The notes: generated by a model from the sequence alone, not told the origin. DNA of 64,000 nt from a bacterium (GCA_965203325.1 OZ241875.1:1312001-1376000), one strand, 5' to 3'; counted from the stretch's first letter, positions 46,904-56,781 are shown. Translations and numbers: made by a program.

Positions 46904-47881
46904 ATCGGCCCACCGGGACGGTCCCTGGCTCTTGGTGAGCTTCCACCTGTCATGGATCCATAAATACTGCTCCGGTCCTTTTCGGACTAATTTTTCCGTC
47001 TCCTCGTTCACCAACTTTGTAAGCCTCTCCATCTCTTGCTTCGCACTTTTTGCGTTCATATCGGGCGCTATCGGCTCGCTCAGCAATATCTCATAGCGCC
47101 GGGCGTCGCCTTTCCTCAGGCACGAGATGAGAACGAGGGGCCGGTTGTACAAAACCGCGAGTGCTGCGGGAGCGGGCGTCGTCCTGGCGGGCCTGCCGAA
47201 AAACGGCGCGTCAATCCCCTCGCCTCCCGCGTTCTGATCCGCCAGAATCGCCACCGAGCGGCCCTTGCGCAGCGCCTCGCGCAGGTGGAAGAAGGCGTTT
47301 TTCTTCGAAAGAATCTCCTGCCCCGACGATGCGCGCATTTCATACAGCGAGGCTTCGAGCTTTCGGTTGTCCAGGGGACGCACGGGGACGGTGAGCGGAA
47401 TCCCCGCCAGCGCGCCGGCATGGGCGAGAAATTCCCAGTTCCCCAGATGCGGCACGACGAACACGCAGCCGCCCGCATCTTCGTGAATCGCGCGCACCTT
47501 ATCTATCGTATCCTCCGCGTCGTCCACTATCTCGCGCACCGTTTTCTCCGCGCGTCGCAAGTCGAAGCGGGTGAGAAATTTCGCTCCCTCCAGACAGGTG
47601 AGGATGAACGAACGGCAACTGCGCCTCGCAAGATTCAGGCGCTGCGCCTCGTCGAGTTCGGGGAACGCGATGCGCAGGTTGGCGCGCGCGATGCGCCTTC
47701 TCCTGGGAGCGAACCGGAAAATCGCCTCTCCCGCGGCGGCGGCGACCGCGCGGCAGACACCGTAGGGCAGCAGGCGGATCAACCTCAGAAACGAAGCGAT
47801 CACGGCGTATTCCACCCATTGGTGAAGCGCGCCCTTGTCCTTGCTGCGCTTTCTCCCGGGGCGCTTCGCGGATTCGTTCAC
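46895..47881 (-). CDS. LpxL/HtrB-family (lipid A-type) acyltransferase
   Basis: PHLGNWE (HX4E), LADQ, PFFG, PEQYLWIHDRWK; GTG start overlaps the upstream KS stop codon. Confidence 0.88.
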   Translation of the reverse strand: MNESAKRPGRKRSKDKGALHQWVEYAVIASFLRLIRLLPYGVCRAVAAAAGEAIFRFAPRRRRIARANLRIAFPELDEAQRLNLARRSCRSFILTCLEGAKFLTRFDLRRAEKTVREIVDDAEDTIDKVRAIHEDAGGCVFVVPHLGNWEFLAHAGALAGIPLTVPVRPLDNRKLEASLYEMRASSGQEILSKKNAFFHLREALRKGRSVAILADQNAGGEGIDAPFFGRPARTTPAPAALAVLYNRPLVLISCLRKGDARRYEILLSEPIAPDMNAKSAKQEMERLTKLVNEETEKLVRKGPEQYLWIHDRWKLTKSQGPSRWADSS

Positions 47882-49176
47882 TGCGCGGCGACGATGGTCG
47901 CGGAGGATTGCCCGCCGATGCCGTGACTCAGGGACAGGAACGCGGCCCCGGCGACGGCGCATTCTTCGGTGGGGATGTGGAGGGCCTCGAAGGCATCGTC
48001 TTTTTGCTCAAAGCCCGGCGTGGGCGGAAGGCGGCCCTCTTTGAGGGCGGAGAGTCCCAGCACGATCTCGGCCAAATCGCTGGCGGAGCCCATGTGTCCC
48101 GTATAGGGCTTCCAGCCAGCAAGCGGAACCGGGTCCTTCGCCATATCGCCGTATTCCAGCAAGGCGGAGAGTTCGCCCGCGTCTCCCAGGGGCGTCGCAC
48201 TCCCGTGGGGAAGAACGAAGGCCAGATCATCGCTCGTGACGCCCGCCTCGGCCACCGCCGATTCCACCGAATGGCGCACCGCGCCGGTGGGAACGGGAAT
48301 ATAGCGCTCAGAGGAGTATTCCTGGCAGTTCGCCGTCCCCAGAACGCGGCCCAGGGGCTTCGCGCCCCGCGCACGGGCGGATTCGGCGCTCTCGAGCACC
48401 AGGGCGGCGGCGCCCTCTCCGGGGAAGAATCCATCGCGTCTTTTATCGAAGGGCCGGAACGACGCGGCCCCATCTTTCGCCCGGGAGAGAATGCCCAGCC
48501 CGTCGAGTTCCAGGAGCACCATGGGGTGCGCCCAACTCCCGCAGCCCACGACGAGGCCGACGTCGGCCTCGCCGAAGCGAAGCACGCGATCGCAATTCTC
48601 GAGCGCCTGCGCGCCGCAGGATGAAAGGCTGGAAAAACTGCCGTTCGGCCCCATGAACTCGTAGATGCCCGAGAGATAGCTGAAAAGATTGTTGGGCAAT
48701 CCCTCGAGCAGGAAAAAAGGGCTTACCCTGTGGAGCGACGCCTCGTTGAGGGAGGCGGGTTCGGGCGCGTCCCACGTCTCGCCGGCCGTTTGTTTGAGAG
48801 CGGCATAGAAATCCACATAGCCCACCCTCGTAAAATCACCCGAACCGACGTAGAGGGACTTTCTCTCGGGCGCCACCTCTCCCATGTCGAGACCAGAGCA
48901 GGCCACCGCCTCGGCGGCGGCGTAAAGCCCCAGGATGGAGCTCCTGTTCAGGAATTTGCGCTGGCTCGCGAGTTTGGGCGGCACCTCGGGCGGGTCTTCA
49001 TGGCCGGGGATGGCGCCATGGTAGGCGAAATTATCCGGAAGAGAACCGTTATCCTCGCTTGGATGACAGGCGACCCCGCATTTTCCGGCGCAAAGCGACT
49101 CCCAGTTTTCCCCGGCATTCTCGCCTATGGAAGTCAGCAACCCCACGCCCGTAATCCAGACTTCCTCGCCTCGCAT
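47878..49176 (-). CDS. Beta-ketoacyl synthase homolog with Ser at the catalytic Cys position
   Basis: WITGVG, RPFD..RDG..PGEGA, HGSAT, GHMG; FSSLSSCGAQ aligns with ITSACAAxxQ. Confidence 0.8.
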   Translation of the reverse strand: MRGEEVWITGVGLLTSIGENAGENWESLCAGKCGVACHPSEDNGSLPDNFAYHGAIPGHEDPPEVPPKLASQRKFLNRSSILGLYAAAEAVACSGLDMGEVAPERKSLYVGSGDFTRVGYVDFYAALKQTAGETWDAPEPASLNEASLHRVSPFFLLEGLPNNLFSYLSGIYEFMGPNGSFSSLSSCGAQALENCDRVLRFGEADVGLVVGCGSWAHPMVLLELDGLGILSRAKDGAASFRPFDKRRDGFFPGEGAAALVLESAESARARGAKPLGRVLGTANCQEYSSERYIPVPTGAVRHSVESAVAEAGVTSDDLAFVLPHGSATPLGDAGELSALLEYGDMAKDPVPLAGWKPYTGHMGSASDLAEIVLGLSALKEGRLPPTPGFEQKDDAFEALHIPTEECAVAGAAFLSLSHGIGGQSSATIVAAQ

Positions 49177-49179
49177 CGC

Positions 49180-49641
49180 TCATCCCGCCTGGCTCAACCG
49201 AATCTCGCGTCCGAGAACGCGAAAATGATGGCGCTGCTCCTCGGGATCCTCATAATCCGCGAGCGGCACCGCCTTTCCGCCAAAATCGGCGACCACCCGA
49301 CGCTCGCCCTCCACGGTGGCAACGCCCCGGAAGTTCTTGAGACCGTCTTCCTCTCCCCGCGCCTCCACGTTCAGGAGGACCTGATCCCCCGGAAAGGCGA
49401 ATCCATAGTACCTGACGCTTCGAACCTTTTCCAAAAGAATCCACCGGGTGAAATCGGATTCCGCCGCTTCGAGCCAGCCTGCCAGCTGCACCAGGCCTTC
49501 GAATATCAGCGCGCCCGGCATGACGGGAAACCGGGGAAAGTGAAACTCAAGAAAATCCTCGCTCATCGTAATGTTCTTCACCCCTTCGATGGAGGCCCCC
49601 GCCTCCCACGCCGTTACCCTGTCCACAAGCATATATCTCAA
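49180..49641 (-). CDS. FabZ/FabA-like hydroxyacyl-ACP dehydratase
   Basis: LVDRV, HFPRFPVMPG.L..E. Confidence 0.88.
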   Translation of the reverse strand: MRYMLVDRVTAWEAGASIEGVKNITMSEDFLEFHFPRFPVMPGALIFEGLVQLAGWLEAAESDFTRWILLEKVRSVRYYGFAFPGDQVLLNVEARGEEDGLKNFRGVATVEGERRVVADFGGKAVPLADYEDPEEQRHHFRVLGREIRLSQAG

Positions 49642-49650
49642 AACAAACTC

Positions 49651-50085
49651 CTAGCCGGCTTCTTCCGGCGCGTCTTCGCCCAGGAGAATCACCTGTGCCA
49701 CCGCCAACTCCAGCGTATGGCTCATCGAAATCGTTAGCTGATTGATCTTCTTTCGTGCGCTCATGCGCTCCATCGAACCGCTAAGCTTGAGGCTGGGCTT
49801 TCCCGATGCCGCCGATTCCACTTCGATCTCGCGCAGCCGGCCCCTGCCGCCCAGTCCTCCCGGTTCGGATATCCCGAGGCCGAAGGCCTTGAGGCAGGCT
49901 TCTTTCGCCGCGAAGCGGGCAGCAAAGTGGGGATAGGGATTCCGGCGCTTCAGGCAATACGCCCGCTCGGCTTCGGTGAACACGTCCTCGCCGAACGCTT
50001 CGTGGCGTTCGTAGGCCTCCTTCAAGCGCGCAACCTCCACTAAATCCACCCCCTGGTACAGACGCATCCCGAATATCCCCCGCAC
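49651..50085 (-). CDS. acpS: Holo-[ACP] synthase
   Basis: GVDLVE, FT..E, ARFAAKEA, GKP, SMSH. Confidence 0.92.
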   Translation of the reverse strand: MRGIFGMRLYQGVDLVEVARLKEAYERHEAFGEDVFTEAERAYCLKRRNPYPHFAARFAAKEACLKAFGLGISEPGGLGGRGRLREIEVESAASGKPSLKLSGSMERMSARKKINQLTISMSHTLELAVAQVILLGEDAPEEAG

Positions 50086-50838
50086 TCAGCCGGTGAGCAG
50101 ACCGCCGTCCACGGCTATCGCCTGTCCGTTGATGTAATCCGACTCCGCCGAAGCCAGGAAGACCACGAGCCTGGCCACGTCCTCTGGTTCGCCGAAGCGG
50201 CCCGCCGGTATGCGTCCCATAATCACGTCGCCGCCCTTCTCGCGCACGCGCTCGCTCATGTCGGTGACAATCATGCCCGGCAAGATGGTGTTGAACTGGA
50301 TGCCCCTCTTTCCCATCTCGGCGGCGCAGGCGCGCATGAAAGCGATGATGCCCGCCTTGGCGGAGGCGTAGTTCGTCTGTCCGGCCCCGCCCGAAACCCC
50401 CATGACGGAGGAGATGCTGATCACCTTGCCGGAGCGCTTCCGGAGCATGATCTCGCCGGCCGCCTTCGTGCAGTGGTAAGCGCCGTCCAGGCTCACGCCG
50501 AGCACCTTGCGCCAGCCTGCGGGCTTCATGGTGAGCAGCAAGCCGTCCTGTATCACGCCCGCGTTGTTGACGAGAATATCGAGCGTGCCGAAATCCTCTT
50601 TTACCTGCTCGAACATCGCCGATACGTCCTCGAAAGAGGAGACGTCGGCCTGGTAGGTATTCGCCTGCCCGCCGGCCGCCTCGATCTCCCCCCTCAACTC
50701 CTCGGCGGCCTCCGCCGAGCGGCTGTAGTTGATCGCCACCGAAGCGCCCGCCTCGGCCAGGGCCGTACAGCAGGCGCGCCCGATGCCCCGCCCGCCTCCG
50801 GTCACCAGCGCGATTTTTCCGCTCAAATCGATTTTCAT
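50086..50838 (-). CDS. fabG: 3-oxoacyl-ACP reductase
   Basis: TGGGRGIG, NNAG, GQTNYASAK, YINGQ. Confidence 0.92.
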   Translation of the reverse strand: MKIDLSGKIALVTGGGRGIGRACCTALAEAGASVAINYSRSAEAAEELRGEIEAAGGQANTYQADVSSFEDVSAMFEQVKEDFGTLDILVNNAGVIQDGLLLTMKPAGWRKVLGVSLDGAYHCTKAAGEIMLRKRSGKVISISSVMGVSGGAGQTNYASAKAGIIAFMRACAAEMGKRGIQFNTILPGMIVTDMSERVREKGGDVIMGRIPAGRFGEPEDVARLVVFLASAESDYINGQAIAVDGGLLTG

Positions 50839-50855
50839 TCCGTATCACCTCTCAT

Positions 50856-52121
50856 CTAGGCCGCCTTTCTCACGAGCAAGGTGGCGTTTTGCCCGCCGAA
50901 ACCAAAGGAATTCGTGATGGCGGCGGGCACGGGCATCTCCCTCGCCCCCCCGGCCACATAGTCGAGATCGCACTTCGGGTCCGGGTTCTCAAGGCACGTC
51001 GTAGGATGCACGATATCGCGCGCGACGCTCAAGGCCGTGAAGATGAACTCGGGCGCGCCGCAGGCGGCGATGAGATGCCCGATCATGGATTTGGACGAAC
51101 TCACCGCCAGCGCATCCGCCCGCGCGCCGAACACCTCGCGAATCGCCCTGGTCTCGACCGGATCGTTGAGCTTCGTGCCCGTGCCGTGCGCGTTGACGTA
51201 GGCGACATCATCAGGAGCCAGGCCCGCATCCTCCATCGCTTCGCTCATCGACCGAACGGCGCCCCGCCCTGCCGGGTGCGGCGCCGTCACCTGATGGGCG
51301 TCCATGCTCGCGCCGTAGCCCGATAGAACAGCGTAGGGCGCAGCGCCCCGCGCGCGCGCATGGTCTTGCGATTCCAAAACCACCACGCCCGCCCCTTCGC
51401 CCACGGCGAGACCGGAGCGTCTTCTGTCGAAAGGACGGCAGATGGGGTCTTTCGATTTGGAGGCCGCGCCCAGCAGGAGGAATATGGCCATCCCGACGGG
51501 ATGGATCATCGAATCGGCCCCGCCGCAAAGAACCACCTCCGCCTCGCCCCTGCGGATCATGCGCATCCCGATGCCAATCGCCTGCCCCGCCGCTGCGCAG
51601 GCGGAGGTGATGGTGCCTGTGGGACCGGCGAGTTCGAACCACTCCGCCATCAGGGAGGTCGCACGCTCGGGCGGGTTGTTGAAGTAACCGGAGGCTTGCG
51701 TCATCTCAAGCTCTTCAGCGAAGCGGGCGGCGTCGAAGCCGTTTTCAGGGTCCGCCCAGGCGGCGAAATCCTCCAGCCGGTAGCTGCTCAGCCCGGTTCC
51801 CATCACCACGCCCGCGCGCTCGGGGGCATAATCGCCGGGGCGCATTCCGGCGTCCGTCATCGCGTTCTGCGCTGCGTCGAGCGCGAACAACACCCTGCGC
51901 TCCCCCTCTCCCGCATATTCCTCGGGAAGCCTCTCCCTGATGGCGCGGAGCGTCTCCTCTGAAACCTCGCCCGCTCCGGCGACGGGCAGCGCTTTCGCAT
52001 CGAAAGACGTTATCGGCGCGAGGCCCGATTCGCCGGCCAGCGCCCGCCGCCAGCAAGTCTCCACGTCGGCGCCGAGGGAGGTCACCATGCCGAGTCCGGT
52101 GATGAATACCTGTGCGCTCAT
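50856..52121 (-). CDS. fabF: Beta-ketoacyl-ACP synthase (FabF-like), catalytic triad intact
   Basis: TSACAA, NAHGTGT, KSMIGH, NSFGFGG. Confidence 0.9.
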   Translation of the reverse strand: MSAQVFITGLGMVTSLGADVETCWRRALAGESGLAPITSFDAKALPVAGAGEVSEETLRAIRERLPEEYAGEGERRVLFALDAAQNAMTDAGMRPGDYAPERAGVVMGTGLSSYRLEDFAAWADPENGFDAARFAEELEMTQASGYFNNPPERATSLMAEWFELAGPTGTITSACAAAGQAIGIGMRMIRRGEAEVVLCGGADSMIHPVGMAIFLLLGAASKSKDPICRPFDRRRSGLAVGEGAGVVVLESQDHARARGAAPYAVLSGYGASMDAHQVTAPHPAGRGAVRSMSEAMEDAGLAPDDVAYVNAHGTGTKLNDPVETRAIREVFGARADALAVSSSKSMIGHLIAACGAPEFIFTALSVARDIVHPTTCLENPDPKCDLDYVAGGAREMPVPAAITNSFGFGGQNATLLVRKAA

Positions 52122-52570
52122 GCCGTCTCCTCGAACGCCAGCCAGCCGTAGTTCCTGAAGCGCTCCTTGAGGCCTTCGGGATCGTCGTTGGGAAAGTGGG
52201 GATACACGAACCGCTCGGCCCTGGCCACCGCGACGCCGTCTTTTTCGATACGCGCGCGGCACAGGCTCGCCCGTTCGTTCGTATCGATAATCTCGCCATG
52301 AACCTCCACGGTTACGCCCGGACGCAGGTCGCTCGCCACCTCCACGTCGTCTATGAGCGATATGACGCACGAGGTCTTGAAATCATACGTGTAGATCACG
52401 AGCCACCCCGTGATCTGCGCCATCGCCTCGATGAGGATCGATCCGGGCACGCGGGGGGCGCGCCGGAAATGGGCGTTCAAATATGCTTCCGAAAGCGGAA
52501 ACGTCTTGACGCCCACGATGCGCTCGCCGCGCACCATCTCCTTGATCTGATCGAAAAAGAGAAACCGCAA
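52118..52570 (-). CDS. Second FabZ-like dehydratase
   Basis: FFDQI, HF..APRVPG.I.IEAMAQ. Confidence 0.82.
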   Translation of the reverse strand: MRFLFFDQIKEMVRGERIVGVKTFPLSEAYLNAHFRRAPRVPGSILIEAMAQITGWLVIYTYDFKTSCVISLIDDVEVASDLRPGVTVEVHGEIIDTNERASLCRARIEKDGVAVARAERFVYPHFPNDDPEGLKERFRNYGWLAFEETA

Positions 52571-52585
52571 TTTCCCGTTCCCCCG

Positions 52586-53776
52586 TCAAGCGCCTTTTCC
52601 CACCACCAGCCCCGAGCATACGCCGTCGAAACCCTGGAGAAGCACGAGCGCGTTTTGGAGTTCATCGCGCCCGGAGACATCCGCCGCATCCCGGAATAAT
52701 TCCTTCTCCGATGCGGGAGATGGCGGCGGCGCGCCTTCGGCCAGGGCTTTCATCGCCATAATCAGGTCCAGCGCAGGGCTTCCCCCCCAAAGGTGGCCGA
52801 ATACGCCCTTCGTCGCAAGCCCCCAAGGTTTATGATCCCCGAAAACGGCGGAAATCGCTTCCGCCTCCGCGCCATCCACCCGAGATTCCCCTTCCCCATG
52901 AATCACGAGAAGGTCGACCCCCTCGGGCTTGATCCCGGCACACGCGAGCGCGCCCTGGGCCGAATCTTGAATTGCCCGGACGAGGCCGCCTCTTTTTTCA
53001 AGGGCGCGCACGGAAGAATATCCTTTGAGCCAACCTAGTACTTTAGATGTGTCGGCATCCTCAGGACTATTGAGGCGAATCACGCCCGCTCCCTCGCCCA
53101 GCCCCCCCGCAGCGGGCCATGCGCCCCGCCGCTTCGCGCGGGCCAGCATTCTTGCGGAAACCACCCCGCTCACGCCGGCGCAGAGAGCGAGTCTCGACTT
53201 GCCTGATCCGACCGAGTCCGCCGCCTCGCAGAGGGCGCGCGCCGTCGCCTCCGGGCCCGCGCTGAAAACGGCGTTCTCGCCCCGCCACCTGTGCTGAATC
53301 GCCGCCTGGCTGAAGCCTATCGCGTTCAACAGACCCAGCGGCCAAAGCGGGGGGATGGTGTCCATCCCCTCGCTGAAGAAATGCCCCAAATCCACCCGAC
53401 CTCCCGATTCCCTCACTGAGCCCACCAAATCGTCTTTATCCGGATCGACAGAGTCCATGCCAGCGAAAAAGGCGATTTCCTCTTCCGTCATCTCCGGGTC
53501 GGCGGGGGCGTCGGCCATCATATCTTGAGCCGCCGCCAGGAGCATGTGGGTGTGGTGGCCCATGATTCTCGCGCTGCGGCGATCCGCGCCGACCGATTCG
53601 GGGTCGATTCGCGCGCACCGCGCCGTTTCGATGGGGGGAAAACCGGCGAGTTCGGGGTCAGCGTCCGGAGCAAGGAGGGAGCGGCCCGCGCAAAGGGCCT
53701 TCCAGGCGGGTTCGACGCCTCGACCCGCCGCCGTTACCAGGCCGACGCCGGTGATCGGAATGGGCGGAAAATTCAC
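52586..53776 (-). CDS. Ketosynthase-like protein lacking the catalytic Cys (chain-length-factor-like)
   Basis: ITGVG, GEGAG, IHGEG, KG.FGH; active-site loop reads FSAGPEATA; GTG start overlaps the upstream stop codon. Confidence 0.75.
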   Translation of the reverse strand: MNFPPIPITGVGLVTAAGRGVEPAWKALCAGRSLLAPDADPELAGFPPIETARCARIDPESVGADRRSARIMGHHTHMLLAAAQDMMADAPADPEMTEEEIAFFAGMDSVDPDKDDLVGSVRESGGRVDLGHFFSEGMDTIPPLWPLGLLNAIGFSQAAIQHRWRGENAVFSAGPEATARALCEAADSVGSGKSRLALCAGVSGVVSARMLARAKRRGAWPAAGGLGEGAGVIRLNSPEDADTSKVLGWLKGYSSVRALEKRGGLVRAIQDSAQGALACAGIKPEGVDLLVIHGEGESRVDGAEAEAISAVFGDHKPWGLATKGVFGHLWGGSPALDLIMAMKALAEGAPPPSPASEKELFRDAADVSGRDELQNALVLLQGFDGVCSGLVVGKGA

Positions 53777-55083
53777 GCGATCTCGGGACCACCCAGGCAA
53801 AGACAGGCGTTCTGCCCGCCGAAACCGAAGCTGTTGGAGAGAGCCACGCGATGGGCCTGCGTCCTCGTCTCGTTGGGCACGTAGTCGAGGTCGCACTTGG
53901 GGTCGCGGTTCTGGTAGTTGATGGTCGGCAGTATCTCCGAGCGGCGCATCCCTTCCACGGCCAGAATCGCCTCGACGGCCCCCGCCCCGCCGATGGTGTG
54001 GCCGATCATGGACTTATTGGAGCTGACGGGCATCTTCTCCGCGTGGACGCCGAACACCTCCTTGATGGCCCTGGTTTCGGTGGAATCGTTCTTGGGCGTC
54101 GATGTGCCGTGCGCGTTGATGTATTCGACGGCATCGGGCGTGAGCCGCGCGTCCTCGATCGCCTTTTTCATGGCGAACACCGCGCCGAGACCCTTCGGGT
54201 GCATGTCGGTGATGCGAAACGCATCCGAGGAATCGCCGTAGCCGAGCACTTCGCCGAGGACCTCGGCGCCTCGCGCACGCGCGTGTTCGTAGCTCTCGAG
54301 TATCATCGCGCCCGCGCCTTCGGACATCACGAAGCCATTCCGCCTCCTGTCGAAGGGCCGAGACGCGCTCTGCGGGGTTTCGTATCTCTCCACGAGCGCG
54401 GTGAGCAGGACGAACCCGAGAAACCCCACGTACGTGATGGGCGCCTCGCAGCCTCCCGCCACCATGACGTCCGCCTTCGCGTCGCGGATGAGGCGCACCG
54501 ACTCGCCTATCGCCTGCGCCCCCGCCGCACAAGCCGAGCATATGGAAACCATGGGACCCCGGCAGTCGAAATCCAAGGCGACGACCGAAGTCGCCACGTC
54601 GGACTTTCTTCTGAAAAACGTCATCAGATCATAGGCGCCGCGGCTTTTGAGGCCTTCGATGTCCCACCCGCCCTGTAAGGGATCGCTGCCTTCCGGCTTC
54701 CAGTAGGGAAAGATACGGAGCAACTCTTCGACATCGGGGTGATCGCCGTGGGAGCCGAGCGCGACGCCGATTCGCTTTCTCTCGGGAACTTCGTCCAAGC
54801 GCGCCGTCTGCGCCGCCTGGGATACGGCCACGCGCATCATCCGCACGCCCCGGGTGGAGAATTTATCGAGCCTGCGCGCAGCACCGTTTTCCTGCGAGGC
54901 TATCCACTCGTCGTCCACCTCGCCGGCAATGCGGCAGGGAAGCTTTTCGGGGTCGAAGCGGCGGACCACGTCGATTCCCGAGCGTCCCTCACGAGCGGCG
55001 TCGAACGTGGAGGCGACGTCCCTGCCCAGGGGCGTCATCGCCCCGTATCCGGTGATCACGACCCGCCTGTCGTTACCGGCCAT
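53773..55083 (-). CDS. fabF: Beta-ketoacyl-ACP synthase (FabF-like), catalytic triad intact
   Basis: RRVVITG, CSACAAG, NAHGTST, KSMIGH, NSFGFGGQN. Confidence 0.92.
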   Translation of the reverse strand: MAGNDRRVVITGYGAMTPLGRDVASTFDAAREGRSGIDVVRRFDPEKLPCRIAGEVDDEWIASQENGAARRLDKFSTRGVRMMRVAVSQAAQTARLDEVPERKRIGVALGSHGDHPDVEELLRIFPYWKPEGSDPLQGGWDIEGLKSRGAYDLMTFFRRKSDVATSVVALDFDCRGPMVSICSACAAGAQAIGESVRLIRDAKADVMVAGGCEAPITYVGFLGFVLLTALVERYETPQSASRPFDRRRNGFVMSEGAGAMILESYEHARARGAEVLGEVLGYGDSSDAFRITDMHPKGLGAVFAMKKAIEDARLTPDAVEYINAHGTSTPKNDSTETRAIKEVFGVHAEKMPVSSNKSMIGHTIGGAGAVEAILAVEGMRRSEILPTINYQNRDPKCDLDYVPNETRTQAHRVALSNSFGFGGQNACLCLGGPEIA

Positions 55084-55127
55084 TCACATGTTCTCCCGGT
55101 AAAACGGCTTGAATGAAGCCTGCGGCC

Positions 55128-55691
55128 TCAGGAGGAGAAGAGGCCCCTTTCCTCCTGCACCCGGTTCAGCCAGTTCTGGACCACTTCATCCCCGCTGGGC
55201 AAAGAGGCGGGTTCGTTCGTCTGCGCGCATACGATGCGCGTTCCATCCTCGGCCTTCCAGTCCGCCCCCGCCGGGCTCTTCTCGGGCAGGCAGTTCAGTA
55301 CGTCGCGCACCGCGCCCGCCAGCGTCTTCGGCGTAACGAGGGCCGGCAGCTCATCCACGGGGATGCCGGGCTCGAGATCCGCAGCGGCTTCGTTCAAGCG
55401 CAGCCTCAAGACCTCGACCCCGGTTTCCGTCACCTCGCTCTCCTCGTTGATGGCCACACCCTCGCCGAACATCTCCTCCACGTGCTCCAGAACGAAATTG
55501 CGCGCCATCTTGATGCCGAACACCTGCTCGAGGCGAAAGTTCACGTCCAGAAAATCGAGCGACAAGACGCCCAGGTCGTCCACCAGGGAGCTGTCCGGCT
55601 CGATGGTTTCCTCGTCGATTCCCGTGGTGTGGGCGATCGCCTTTTTCACCTCTTCCAAAATCGTATCGTCTGATACCAGGTTTTGCGACAT
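55128..55691 (-). CDS. Atypical long acyl carrier protein
   Basis: DDLGVLSLDFLD..FRLEQVFGI ACP core plus roughly 100 extra residues. Confidence 0.8.
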   Translation of the reverse strand: MSQNLVSDDTILEEVKKAIAHTTGIDEETIEPDSSLVDDLGVLSLDFLDVNFRLEQVFGIKMARNFVLEHVEEMFGEGVAINEESEVTETGVEVLRLRLNEAAADLEPGIPVDELPALVTPKTLAGAVRDVLNCLPEKSPAGADWKAEDGTRIVCAQTNEPASLPSGDEVVQNWLNRVQEERGLFSS

Positions 55692-55826
55692 GGTTGTCCT
55701 CTGTAACGATCAAGCGCGGCCCGTCCTCGTGTAGGGACGCATGCAAACCTCCCCCACGCATCCAAGCGTATACAACCAAGGAGGGGAACGAAAATCAACC
55801 TTCTCCGAGGAATCTCCCCCGCTCCA

Positions 55827-56609
55827 TCACCCCGGGGGGCGGTTCAGGCGGTTGCTGAGTCCCCTGTCGACCACGAGGATCTGCCCGCGTATGGAAGCCG
55901 CGCCGGCGCCCGCGAGAAAATAGACGGATTCCGCCACTTCTTCCGGCGTCACGAAATAACGCTCCGGCAACTCTTCCAGCTCCGGCTGAACCATGCGCAG
56001 CGTCTTGAACGAATCGGTCTTCACCAGCCCCGCGCAGACGGCGTTGACCGATACGCCTCTCTCCTCGAAACTTTCCGCCCAGTGCCTGACCGCCGCCTCC
56101 ATGGCCGCCTTCATGGGCCCCAGCGGGTATTCGGGGTGATAAAAGCGGCCCCCCAGACTCGATATGAACACGACGGCCCCGCCCTGGCGCGAGAGCAGCG
56201 GAAGCGCCCCCTGCAGGCAGAAGACGTTGCCCAGAAAATTCGTCTCCACCAAGAGCTTGAGGTCGCGCTCCAGGAGCTTCTCCCACGGCTTGAAGGGCGC
56301 GCGCGCCGCGTTCAGGACGAGCACGTCGAGTCGCCCGAACTCCTCTTCCACCTGCGCGAACATGGCCTTTACGGCGTCTTTTTTCGAAATATCCGCAGGG
56401 ATGGCGACCGCCCGTCCTCCGGCGGCCTCAAACTCGCGGCAAAGTTCGTCCGCCATCTGGACGGACCTGCCCTTCCCGTCCCTGTGGTTCAAGGCCAGAT
56501 GCGCGCCCTCGCGCGCGAATCGCCACGCAATGGCCGCGCCGATGCCGCGCGAGCCGCCGGTCACCAGAACGACCTTATCCTTCATATCCGCCGATTCAGG
56601 GGCGTTCAT
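55827..56609 (-). CDS. SDR oxidoreductase, FabL-like enoyl-ACP reductase
   Basis: TGGSRGIG, LNAA, ISSLG, Y....MKAAME, GLVKTD. Confidence 0.72.
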   Translation of the reverse strand: MNAPESADMKDKVVLVTGGSRGIGAAIAWRFAREGAHLALNHRDGKGRSVQMADELCREFEAAGGRAVAIPADISKKDAVKAMFAQVEEEFGRLDVLVLNAARAPFKPWEKLLERDLKLLVETNFLGNVFCLQGALPLLSRQGGAVVFISSLGGRFYHPEYPLGPMKAAMEAAVRHWAESFEERGVSVNAVCAGLVKTDSFKTLRMVQPELEELPERYFVTPEEVAESVYFLAGAGAASIRGQILVVDRGLSNRLNRPPG

Positions 56610-56781
56610 AACCGATCCCTCACGTTCCACCCGCATTCGGCCCGCTCCTCTACATCTCTGCCCCGGAAGAAGGAAGATCGCCTCCCCCCGCCGGAAAACG
56701 CCGCAGGCTCACGGGCTGAAAATTTATATCCCACCGGCGCGCCTCCATCAAACGCCGCACGAGAATCCCCGAAATAAAGGA

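Noticed and set aside
47878..49176. Polyketide beta-branching cassette
   Set aside because: A Cys-to-Ser KS is present, but there is no HMG-CoA synthase or enoyl-CoA hydratase homolog.
46895..56609. Ladderane or aryl-polyene biosynthesis
   Set aside because: No radical SAM/B12 enzymes, phytoene-desaturase-like oxidoreductase, AMP ligase, ammonia lyase or glycosyltransferase in the cluster.
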